Positions 49,468 through 59,140 of a stretch of DNA of 64,000 nucleotides are shown here, piece after piece; position 1 is the stretch's first letter, and each line of letters begins with the position of its first letter. The notes under the pieces are model-generated. The model ran no database searches. It was not told where the DNA came from and saw nothing but the letters and a program-made list of their open reading frames with translations. Both the position numbers and the translations under genes were made by a program. This DNA comes from an uncultured Desulfobacteraceae bacterium (lineage in GTDB: Bacteria > Desulfobacterota > Desulfobacteria > Desulfobacterales > UBA5616): assembly GCA_964386565.1 (NCBI GenBank), contig CAYLRU010000009.1, positions 13,285 to 77,284 of the forward strand, in the 5' to 3' direction.

Positions 49468-50784
49468 ATGGGCGCAGAATATCCAATACTTAAACCAGGA
49501 TCATTATTTATAAAGCGTGGGTTCATGACATCAAAAGCTTTTTCAAAAAAGAAACTCCTGTTGATGAAAGGCATAAAAATGCCCAACCCTGAAAGTGTGG
49601 AGATCGGTGAAGACGTCGATCCCGACCGAATATCGGGTGATGATGTCACCATCCATTCCGGGTGCAAAATCTTTGGTTCATCAACACTTATATCAAAAGG
49701 GGTAAGCCTGGGGGGTGAAGCTCCTGCGACAGTGGACAATTGCTTTATCGGGCCTGATGTGTCCTTAAAAGGCGGTTTTTTTCAAAAAGCCTGTTTTCTG
49801 GAAGGATCATCTGCAGGGTCCGGCGCTCATGTGCGGGAAGGGTCTATTTTTGAGGAGCAGGCCGGCATCGCCCATACCGTGGGGGTGAAACAAACCATCC
49901 TTTTCCCTTTTGTCACCCTTGGCAGTCTCATTAATTTTTGTGATTGTTTCATGTCCGGAGGAACAGACAGAAAAAATCACAGTGAAGTAGGCAGCTCCTA
50001 TATCCATTTTAATTATACACCGAACCAGGACAAGGCCACGCCTTCATTATTGGGAGATGTCCCACACGGTGTGATGCTCAACCAGCCGCCCATATTTCTC
50101 GGCGGACAGGGGGGGCTTGTCGGGCCCTGCAGACTGGCATTCGGAACAATTGTGGCTGCCGGGACTATTTGCAGAAAAGATGAATTAAGGACCGGACGGT
50201 TTATTTTTGAAGGACGGCAACGGGGGGGGAATATTCCGCACACTCCCGGTCTGTATCGCAGCATAAAGCGCATCGTGAAGAACAATATTATCTACATTGC
50301 CAATTTAAATGCATTGCGGCAATGGTACGGTCATATCAGAAGGCGATTTATCGGCCCATCGTTTACAGAAGAACTTTTCCAGGGGCTCGTTGAAACCCTT
50401 AAAATGAATATAGATGAAAGAATCCACAGATTTAAACTGTTTTGTATGAAATTGCCGGATTCAGCCGAACGATATCGGGCAGCCGTCCGGAAAGAGAACG
50501 GCCTGGTCATTCAACAAAAATATGAAATTTTTCAGAAATGGCCGGAAGTGGAAGAACAGTTGAACCGGCAGGCCCGCAATATCGGAGACGTGTCTTTAAA
50601 AGACGCCTTTGAAGCAAAAATTCAAACCGGCATCCATACTCACGGACCCCGCTACCTGGATGTGATCCGCCGACTGGATGTTCATGATGCGGATCTTGGA
50701 TCCTGCTGGCTTAACACAATTGTCGAGTCAAATATCCATCAGACGCTTCAGCATATTCCGTCATTTGGACTAAACATCGATTAA
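49468..50784 (+). CDS. Left-handed beta-helix (hexapeptide-repeat) acyltransferase-like protein resembling the GlmU C-terminal domain, with a helical C-terminal extension
   Basis: Hexapeptide-like repeats span roughly aa 40-240 (IGEDVD.., IGPDVSL.., GAHVREGSI..). I see no nucleotidyltransferase domain. It lies 23 nt upstream of glmM. The start is uncertain; ATGs at 49525, 49564 and 49579 are alternatives. Confidence 0.6.
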   Translation: MGAEYPILKPGSLFIKRGFMTSKAFSKKKLLLMKGIKMPNPESVEIGEDVDPDRISGDDVTIHSGCKIFGSSTLISKGVSLGGEAPATVDNCFIGPDVSLKGGFFQKACFLEGSSAGSGAHVREGSIFEEQAGIAHTVGVKQTILFPFVTLGSLINFCDCFMSGGTDRKNHSEVGSSYIHFNYTPNQDKATPSLLGDVPHGVMLNQPPIFLGGQGGLVGPCRLAFGTIVAAGTICRKDELRTGRFIFEGRQRGGNIPHTPGLYRSIKRIVKNNIIYIANLNALRQWYGHIRRRFIGPSFTEELFQGLVETLKMNIDERIHRFKLFCMKLPDSAERYRAAVRKENGLVIQQKYEIFQKWPEVEEQLNRQARNIGDVSLKDAFEAKIQTGIHTHGPRYLDVIRRLDVHDADLGSCWLNTIVESNIHQTLQHIPSFGLNID

Positions 50785-50807
50785 ATTTTCAGTGGAGAAG
50801 GAATAAT

Positions 50808-52166
50808 ATGGGACAACTGTTCGGTACGGACGGGATCAGGGGGGAGGCCAATCAATATCCCATTACGGCTGAAATGGCCTTAAGAATAGGGAGAACCGCC
50901 GCCTTCATGTTTAAGCCTCAACACGAAAGGGGAAACATCGTCGTGGGGCAGGATACCCGGTTATCCGGTGACATGATTGCATATAGTCTTATGGCCGGAA
51001 TTTGTTCCATGGACGTTGATGTTCAATATGTCGGAACCATTCCCACACCGGCGGTTGCCCATCTTACGGTATCATCGCATGCGACGGCGGGCATCATGAT
51101 TTCCGCCTCTCATAATCCATACCACGACAACGGTATCAAGTTGTTCAATCAAGACGGATTCAAACTTCCGGTTCAAATGGAAGACAAGTTCGAGCATCTG
51201 TTGTTATATCAATATGATGTCATATCATCATCATTGACGGACAAGATGGGCAGGGTTTTTATTCCACCCCGTGCTTCAGATCAATATGAAAGTTTTTTAA
51301 GAAAGGCCGTGCCTGATACTTTTTCATTAGACGGTATGAAGATTGTAATGGACTGTTCAAACGGCGCCACCTATAAACTCGCCCCTGATTTCTTTTCGAA
51401 ATTGGGGGCATCTGTCACGCCGATGTTTGTCCATCCGGATGGGATCAATATCAACGACAACTGCGGATCCCAGCATCCGGAACATGTAAGGCAAAAGGTG
51501 TTGGAGACTAAATCGGATATCGGACTGGCCTTTGATGGGGACGGAGACCGGCTTATCGCGGTGGATGAAAACGGGGATACGGTCACAGGCGATTCCATCT
51601 TGGCGATTTGTGCCAAAATGCTGAAACAGCAAAACCAATTGAAAAACAATTTAGCGGTAACCACGGTGATGAGCAATGTAGGTCTTGGTATTGCCTTAAA
51701 GGAAATGGGCATTGACCACATAATGACGGATGTCGGGGACCGTCATGTCATGGAAAAAATGATAGCCGAAGGATCGATTTTGGGGGGAGAAGATTCCGGT
51801 CATACGATTTTTTTAAACCATCACACCACAGGCGACGGCATTCTTACCGCACTGAAACTCATGGAGGCCATGCGCCATGAATCAAAGCCCTTATCCCAAT
51901 TATCCCGGTTGGTATCATTTTATCCACAGGTTCTCATTAATGTGGAAGTGAAAAAAAAGGCGGATCTGGAATCTGATCCGGACATTCAAAGGGTTATACA
52001 TCTCGTTAGAGAAAAACTCGGCAAAGCAGGGCGGGTACTGGTTCGATATTCCGGTACCCGTCCGCTTTGCCGGGTGATGGTTGAGGGGGCGTCCAAAACA
52101 AATACCCGGGCATATGCCTTAGAAATTGCCGACGTGATTACCAAGAAGCTTGGAAAATCGGCATAA
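50808..52166 (+). CDS. glmM: Phosphoglucosamine mutase
   Basis: Begins MGQLFGTDGIRGEAN, with the phosphoserine loop ISASHNPYHDNG. Confidence 0.95.
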   Translation: MGQLFGTDGIRGEANQYPITAEMALRIGRTAAFMFKPQHERGNIVVGQDTRLSGDMIAYSLMAGICSMDVDVQYVGTIPTPAVAHLTVSSHATAGIMISASHNPYHDNGIKLFNQDGFKLPVQMEDKFEHLLLYQYDVISSSLTDKMGRVFIPPRASDQYESFLRKAVPDTFSLDGMKIVMDCSNGATYKLAPDFFSKLGASVTPMFVHPDGININDNCGSQHPEHVRQKVLETKSDIGLAFDGDGDRLIAVDENGDTVTGDSILAICAKMLKQQNQLKNNLAVTTVMSNVGLGIALKEMGIDHIMTDVGDRHVMEKMIAEGSILGGEDSGHTIFLNHHTTGDGILTALKLMEAMRHESKPLSQLSRLVSFYPQVLINVEVKKKADLESDPDIQRVIHLVREKLGKAGRVLVRYSGTRPLCRVMVEGASKTNTRAYALEIADVITKKLGKSA

Positions 52167-52190
52167 AGACCATCAAAAAAGGGTTGTCGT

Positions 52191-52892
52191 TTATTCCCTG
52201 TTTCCCAGGATTCTCAGTAACATCAAAAACAGGTTGATAAAGTCCAAATACAGGGTCAATGCTCCTAAAATGGCGCCTTTTCTGATGATCCCCGCTTCCA
52301 GACCGTCCGGCTGGGTAAGCGCCATGGTTTTTAATTTCTGTGTATCATAGGCTGTCAGTCCAACAAAAACAAGCACGCCGATATAACTGATAATCATGCT
52401 CATTCCTGAACTTCGGATAAACATGTTCACCACGGATGCGATGATGATGCCGATCAGTCCCATTGCCATGAAACCGCCAAGAGATGTCAGATCACGTTTG
52501 GTGGTCATACCGTAAATGCTGCAGGCCAAAAACGTGCCGGCACAGATGACAAATGTCGAGGTGATGGAAGCTTTGGTATAGACGATAAATATAAAAGATA
52601 AGGTAAGACCGTTTAGCGCGGCGTAAAGAACAAACAAACCAGAGGCGGTGGATGCCTTCATCCGTTGAACCCTTGCGCTGATGGTGAATACAAGTGCCAG
52701 TTCTGCAATTATTAATCCAAAAAATATGAATGGCTTACCATATACCATGTTCAACATGGCAGGGGTATTGGCAACATAGAAGGCCATTGCACCGGTAATC
52801 CCCAATCCAACAGCCATCCAGTTATAGACGCTTCGAATAAAAGTATTTACCAAGATTTGCGTTTGCGTTTGTCGAACTGAAAGTGACTCCAT
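52191..52892 (-). CDS. BAX inhibitor-1/YccA family membrane protein
   Basis: Seven hydrophobic segments and the characteristic ...GLTAYDTQKLK... segment. Confidence 0.85.
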   Translation of the reverse strand: MESLSVRQTQTQILVNTFIRSVYNWMAVGLGITGAMAFYVANTPAMLNMVYGKPFIFFGLIIAELALVFTISARVQRMKASTASGLFVLYAALNGLTLSFIFIVYTKASITSTFVICAGTFLACSIYGMTTKRDLTSLGGFMAMGLIGIIIASVVNMFIRSSGMSMIISYIGVLVFVGLTAYDTQKLKTMALTQPDGLEAGIIRKGAILGALTLYLDFINLFLMLLRILGNRE

Positions 52893-52950
52893 TAAAACCT
52901 CCTGAAAATGGTTAAAATAATGAAAAAATCATTGTGATGCCAATCAAATA

Positions 52951-52977
52951 TTGATCATGTTAAAAAAAGCATATAAT
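52951..52977 (+). promoter_or_regulatory. Sigma70-like promoter candidate upstream of orf91
   Basis: TTGATC (52951-52956), a short 15-nt spacer, and a perfect TATAAT (52972-52977). Confidence 0.3.
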
Positions 52978-53119
52978 TTGAGTTATATTATAATACAAAA
53001 TTTCCGCAATTCAAGACATGCGGATTGCATTTGTCAAAGCGGATGTCCAGGGTCCGGGCCTTGGTTAACCGCATGGAATCTTAATAACATGTTTCGATAA
53101 TACTGACAAGGATTTCCGT

Positions 53120-53395
53120 ATGAAACCGGAACACGTTTACCAGGAATTGAAGGATTTGGCTGAAAGACTCGATATAACCGTATCAGAGCAGAATTTGCGT
53201 AAAACCGGTATACATATCAACAGCGGACTGTGCAGGGTAAAAGGAAAGCAGCTGTTTATCATGGATAAACATGAAAACATCCATAACAAGATAGAAATCC
53301 TGGCGGCATGCCTGGGGGATATGCCAACGGAAGACATTTATATGGTACCTGCCATTCGGGAGATCATTCATCAAAAGCAGAAGCGCGGAAAGTAA
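53120..53395 (+). CDS. Hypothetical small protein (91 aa)
   Basis: Clean ORF in an otherwise empty spacer. I recognise no motif. Confidence 0.5.
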   Translation: MKPEHVYQELKDLAERLDITVSEQNLRKTGIHINSGLCRVKGKQLFIMDKHENIHNKIEILAACLGDMPTEDIYMVPAIREIIHQKQKRGK

Positions 53396-53626
53396 GGGTT
53401 TCAGGTCCCTGCGCATTAGTTTACATAATATACCTTATCAGACGTTATGAATGTTTGAGGAATTAAACTTCCTGCGACTGAAAACAAATTAGATTGAATC
53501 CGCCGGGCAACTGTGATACCTAATCAGCATCTCGTGATGATAACAAGGAGATTTAGTCAGTGTTCCAGACCTGCATTTTAAGCGATCTGTCTATCCATCC
53601 TCACTCTTTTTGTTCGGTTATATCTG

Positions 53627-55012
53627 ATGAGTGAAGTCAATACCGGCATCCATAAAACCAACCGCCGAATTTATTCGGTTTCGGAACTCACGGCATCGAT
53701 AAAACTCGTTCTTGAAGATCAGTTTCCTTTCATATGGATTTCCGGAGAAATTTCGAACTTCAGAATTCCTTCATCCGGTCATTATTATTTTACCTTGAAG
53801 GATGACCGCAGTCAAATAAGTGCCGTCATGTTCCGGGGCCAAACCAGAAGCCTGCATTTTGATCTGGAAGACGGCCTGGCGGTTATCGGCATAGGTCGTA
53901 TCAGCGTCTATGAACCCAGGGGGACGTATCAGATTATTTTTGAATACATTGAACCCAAAGGTGTCGGTGCTCTTCAGCTTGCTTTTGAAAAATTAAAAAA
54001 ACGGTTGTCGGAAGAAGGTCTTTTTGATCCTAAATTCAAAAAAAAGCTGCCATATTTACCGCGAAAGATCAGCCTGATTACATCACCTACCGGAGCGGTG
54101 GTTCATGACATCATTCATATCCTGTTTCGCCGTTATCCCAACGTAAACCTCGAAATCATTCCGGTAAAGGTCCAGGGAGACGAGTCAATAGAACAGATCG
54201 TTGATGCCTTTCATTTTTTAAACGAACGTGCAGAACGTGCAGCCTCGGATGTAATCATTCTGGCCCGAGGTGGCGGATCCCTTGAGGATCTGCAGGCGTT
54301 TAACTCGGAGCCGGTTGCCAGGGCTATATTTTCATCTCATATCCCGGTCATATCAGCGGTGGGACATGAAATAGATTATACCATTGCCGATTTTGCCGCG
54401 GATTTGAGGGCCCCTACGCCTTCTGCTGCTGCAGAACTCGTCATTCCGGTTAAATCAGACCTTGCCAACCGGGTTGCCGAGCTGACATCAATCTTAAAAC
54501 GTGTCATGAACGGCTATTTAAACGGTAAGCGGCAGGTTGTAAAAGATCTGAAAAGGCGCTTGATTGACCCCAAAAAGCAGGTTGATGACTGGCGATTGAA
54601 ACTGGACGACCTGACATTTCGATTCACCAACGCCACGATTCGAAGTATTCGCCAACATCGTGAAAAACTAGACTGGCGCCGGGATTCACTGTTATCCAGA
54701 AACCCTTTACTGCTTGTTTATAAACTTAAAGAGAACCTTAAGCAATTAGATAATAACTTATTTATTTTAATCAAAATATTGATAGATAACAAACTGCGGG
54801 GAATTCGCGAACTGGAAGCGCGGCTCCAATCCCTGAATCCCGCAGCGATCCTGCAAAGGGGTTACAGCATTACGCGAACCGTTCCTGGGGCCGCGGTTGT
54901 CCGGGATGCAAATGAGGTGGCTGTCCACCAGCACCTTGAAATTCTTCTGGCAAAAGGTATGTTAACATGTCGCGTCGAAAGGAAATCGGTTAATGGCAAA
55001 AAAAACGTTTGA
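53627..55012 (+). CDS. xseA: Exodeoxyribonuclease VII large subunit
   Basis: N-terminal OB-fold signature VSELT..IK..LE..FPFIWISGEISNF...SGHYYFTLKD. 461 aa. Confidence 0.93.
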   Translation: MSEVNTGIHKTNRRIYSVSELTASIKLVLEDQFPFIWISGEISNFRIPSSGHYYFTLKDDRSQISAVMFRGQTRSLHFDLEDGLAVIGIGRISVYEPRGTYQIIFEYIEPKGVGALQLAFEKLKKRLSEEGLFDPKFKKKLPYLPRKISLITSPTGAVVHDIIHILFRRYPNVNLEIIPVKVQGDESIEQIVDAFHFLNERAERAASDVIILARGGGSLEDLQAFNSEPVARAIFSSHIPVISAVGHEIDYTIADFAADLRAPTPSAAAELVIPVKSDLANRVAELTSILKRVMNGYLNGKRQVVKDLKRRLIDPKKQVDDWRLKLDDLTFRFTNATIRSIRQHREKLDWRRDSLLSRNPLLLVYKLKENLKQLDNNLFILIKILIDNKLRGIRELEARLQSLNPAAILQRGYSITRTVPGAAVVRDANEVAVHQHLEILLAKGMLTCRVERKSVNGKKNV

Positions 55013-55241
55013 ACAATCCATGAAACAGCTGGAGCAGATCGTTCATGACCTGGAATCAAGCGATCTGCCATTGGAAAAGGCAATAAAAAAATTCGAGGAA
55101 GGCATTGCATTGTCAAAATTTTGTTCCGATATTCTGGATGAGACTGAAAAAAAAATCAGCATCCTGTTAAAGGATTCCGAGGGTCGTATCGAAGAAACCC
55201 CCTTTTTCGACGACATGGAAGGACTCGAAGCGCCAGATTAA
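54993..55241 (+). CDS. xseB: Exodeoxyribonuclease VII small subunit
   Basis: FEQSMKQLEQIVHDLESSDLPLEKAIKKFEEGIAL. It overlaps the 3' end of xseA. Confidence 0.9.
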   Translation: MAKKTFEQSMKQLEQIVHDLESSDLPLEKAIKKFEEGIALSKFCSDILDETEKKISILLKDSEGRIEETPFFDDMEGLEAPD

Positions 55242-55313
55242 ACTTGTCAAATATGTTTTAATTTAGAATTCAACTATTTATACCGTAAAAAGGAGATTAA
55301 TCGGTCCGATCAT

Positions 55314-56207
<894 letters not shown>

Positions 56208-56219
56208 GGGGATTTTACT

Positions 56220-58103
56220 TTGGGCCATTTTTTGAAACAAATCCAAAGCCCGGCGGATTTAAAGGATCTGTCCTTATCCGAGTTAAAAACGCTTGCCAAT
56301 GAAATACGGGAATTGATCGTTGCGGTTGTTTCCAAAACCGGCGGTCATCTCGCATCCAGCCTGGGAACAGTGGAACTGGCCATTGCTCTTCATTATGTTT
56401 TCGATTCACCTGCCGATAAAATAATATGGGATGTGGGACATCAGGCCTATGCCCATAAAATAATCACCGGAAGAAGTGAAAAATTTCCAACGTTGCGACA
56501 ACATGGCGGCATATCAGGATTTACAAAACGGAGTGAAAGCCCTTATGATTCATTTACAACCGGACACAGCAGCACCTCGATCTCGGCAGGTGTGGGGATG
56601 GCGTGTGCAAACCGGTTAATGGGATTGGATCGAAAAATCGTGTCAGTTATCGGAGACGGTTCCATGACTGCCGGCCTTGCTTACGAGGGACTGAATCAGA
56701 CCGGACATATTCATAAAAACCTGATTGTTGTTTTAAATGACAATGACATGTCCATATCTCCCAACGTCGGGGCGTTGTCTTCATTTCTGAGCCGTACTCT
56801 TTCTGCCAAATATCTTCAGGATTTGAGAAAAACTCTGGGAGACTTTCTCAAGTCCCTGCCGAGAATCGGGAATGATATTTATCAGCTTGCCAAACGTTCT
56901 GAAGAGTCGTTTAAAACTTTCGTAACGCCCGGTATGCTTTTCGAGGCGTTCGGGTTCGAATATTTCGGACCTATAGACGGGCACAAACTGAATCATCTGA
57001 TTGATATTTTGAACAATGTTAAGGATCTTGAAGAACCGGTTCTTTTACACGTCAGAACCGTAAAAGGAAAGGGTTACCCTCCGGCTGAAAAAAATCCGGT
57101 TTATTTTCATGGTGTGGGATCGTTTGAAATCGAAACCGGCAACAGCACCCGGCATGATAGTCCCGTGCCCACGTATACCCAGGTGTTCGGGGAAAAGATG
57201 ATCGAACTGGCGGAAAGAGATGAAAAAATCATCGCGGTAACTGCTGCAATGCCGGAAGGAACGGGGCTTTCCCGGTTCGCCGAAAAATTTTCCGAACGTT
57301 TTTTTGATGTGGGAATCGCCGAACAACACGGTGTGACTTTTGCGGCGGGATTTGCCGCTGAAGGATTCAAGCCGGTAGTGGCCATTTATTCCACTTTTTT
57401 ACAGCGTGCTTACGACCAGATCCTGCATGATGTCTGCATCGAATCACTGCCGGTTAAATTTGCCATTGATCGAGGCGGGATTGTGGGTGAAGACGGGCCT
57501 ACACATAATGGGCTGTTCGACTTTTCCTTTTTAAGGAGTCTGCCCAATATGGTCGTAATGGCGCCCATGGATGAGAATGAACTATGCCGAATGCTTGTAA
57601 CGGCAATGGAATACAATGCAGGCCCCATTGCATTTCGATATCCCAGGGGTGCGGGAACGGGGGTGAAAATCATCCCCTCCCCCTTCCCTCTTCCCATCGG
57701 TAAAGCCGAGGTAATGACGGACGGAAACGATGTATTGATCCTGGCGGTGGGTCGATCGGTGGGAGAGGCCCTTAACGGTTCTAGTGATCTCAAGAATATG
57801 GGAATACAGGCAACCGTCGTCAACTGCCGTTTTGTTAAACCCATAGACCATGAATTGATTTGTTCTCTCGTTACCAGAATCCCCAGGGTGATTACCGTGG
57901 AAGAGCATATACTGCACGGCGGTTTCGGCAGCGCTGTCCTGGAAAGCTTGAATGATAACGGCGTTACAGGTTTTCGTCTCAGGAGGCTCGGGATTCCGGA
58001 TACGTTCGTTGAACACGGCAATCAACGATTGCTGATATCAAAATACGGTATTGACGCCCGGGCCGTCGTTGAAGCGGCCAAAGAACTAACCGGTTTGATG
58101 TAG
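56220..58103 (+). CDS. dxs: 1-deoxy-D-xylulose-5-phosphate synthase
   Basis: Motif GGHLASSLGTVELAIALHYVF and the TPP motif GDGSMTAG...NDN. It has a TTG start with GGGGGA upstream. Confidence 0.95.
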   Translation: MGHFLKQIQSPADLKDLSLSELKTLANEIRELIVAVVSKTGGHLASSLGTVELAIALHYVFDSPADKIIWDVGHQAYAHKIITGRSEKFPTLRQHGGISGFTKRSESPYDSFTTGHSSTSISAGVGMACANRLMGLDRKIVSVIGDGSMTAGLAYEGLNQTGHIHKNLIVVLNDNDMSISPNVGALSSFLSRTLSAKYLQDLRKTLGDFLKSLPRIGNDIYQLAKRSEESFKTFVTPGMLFEAFGFEYFGPIDGHKLNHLIDILNNVKDLEEPVLLHVRTVKGKGYPPAEKNPVYFHGVGSFEIETGNSTRHDSPVPTYTQVFGEKMIELAERDEKIIAVTAAMPEGTGLSRFAEKFSERFFDVGIAEQHGVTFAAGFAAEGFKPVVAIYSTFLQRAYDQILHDVCIESLPVKFAIDRGGIVGEDGPTHNGLFDFSFLRSLPNMVVMAPMDENELCRMLVTAMEYNAGPIAFRYPRGAGTGVKIIPSPFPLPIGKAEVMTDGNDVLILAVGRSVGEALNGSSDLKNMGIQATVVNCRFVKPIDHELICSLVTRIPRVITVEEHILHGGFGSAVLESLNDNGVTGFRLRRLGIPDTFVEHGNQRLLISKYGIDARAVVEAAKELTGLM

Positions 58104-58114
58104 GGCTTTGGGTC

Positions 58115-58894
58115 TTGGTTGTGCATAAAGAAAAAAAAAGAATTGACCTGTTACTGGTGGAAAAGCAGATGGCAGCAAGCCGTGAAAAAAGCCGGTCTTT
58201 AATTCTTTCGGGAAAAGTATACGTGAATACCCAATTGGTCGACAAGCCCGGAACCCTTGTGAACAATGATGACGACATTAAAATAAAAGGCAGTGACATT
58301 GCGTTTGTCAGCCGTGGCGGTTTGAAGCTTGAACATGCCATCAAGGAATTAGACCTGGATATTTCAGGGATGACGTGTCTGGATGTGGGTGCCTCGACCG
58401 GTGGGTTTACGGATTGTCTTTTGCGGTACGGTGCCGGCCATGTTTTTGCCGTGGACGTGGGATACGGACAATTGGCCTGGAAACTCAGAACCGACCCCCG
58501 GGTTACGGTTATCGAGCGGACAAACATCAGATATTTGCCGGCCGATGCCCTTCACATGCCTGTTGATTTGGCAACGATAGATGTTTCGTTTATCAGCTTG
58601 AAAATTGTTGTTCCCGTTGTATTGAAGTTTATGAAAAGACCCTCCCGGATTCTTGCCTTGATCAAGCCTCAATTTGAAGTCGGAAAGGGAAAAGTCGGCA
58701 AAGGGGGCATCGTTCGAGATCAAAAGATGCATGAAGAGGTCAAAAAAGACCTGGTTGTTTTTTTTAACCGGCAAGGCCTTACCTGCCAAGCGATTATCCC
58801 TTCGCCCATATCCGGGGCCAAGGGAAACCTGGAGTTCATCATTTCGATGAATGTTCCCGAAAGAAACTCCAACCAAAATGACGCCAAACCGTGA
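58115..58894 (+). CDS. tlyA: TlyA-family rRNA (cytidine-2'-O)-methyltransferase
   Basis: S4-like N-terminus RIDLLLVEKQMAASREKSRSLI and SAM motif LDVGASTGGFTD. The start is either TTG at 58115 or GTG at 58121. Confidence 0.88.
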   Translation: MVVHKEKKRIDLLLVEKQMAASREKSRSLILSGKVYVNTQLVDKPGTLVNNDDDIKIKGSDIAFVSRGGLKLEHAIKELDLDISGMTCLDVGASTGGFTDCLLRYGAGHVFAVDVGYGQLAWKLRTDPRVTVIERTNIRYLPADALHMPVDLATIDVSFISLKIVVPVVLKFMKRPSRILALIKPQFEVGKGKVGKGGIVRDQKMHEEVKKDLVVFFNRQGLTCQAIIPSPISGAKGNLEFIISMNVPERNSNQNDAKP

Positions 58895-59140
58895 ACTTTC
58901 GTTTTTATGTTTCACCGGATGTTTCAGTGCTGATAAATCGGGATTTTAAGCTTGATTTTTTTTAATATACCATATAGGGATGCTAAATTTGGTAAATCAT
59001 CAATACAATGCGCGGGTCGTGTTTTAGCGGCAAATTCCGCGATTTTTGCTGATCCTTTGAATCCGGTTTAACTGCATCCGCCGTTCAAGAGCCTGTGTAT
59101 TAGGGCCTTAAAATAAATTTCGATAGTAGAGAGGAGTAAA

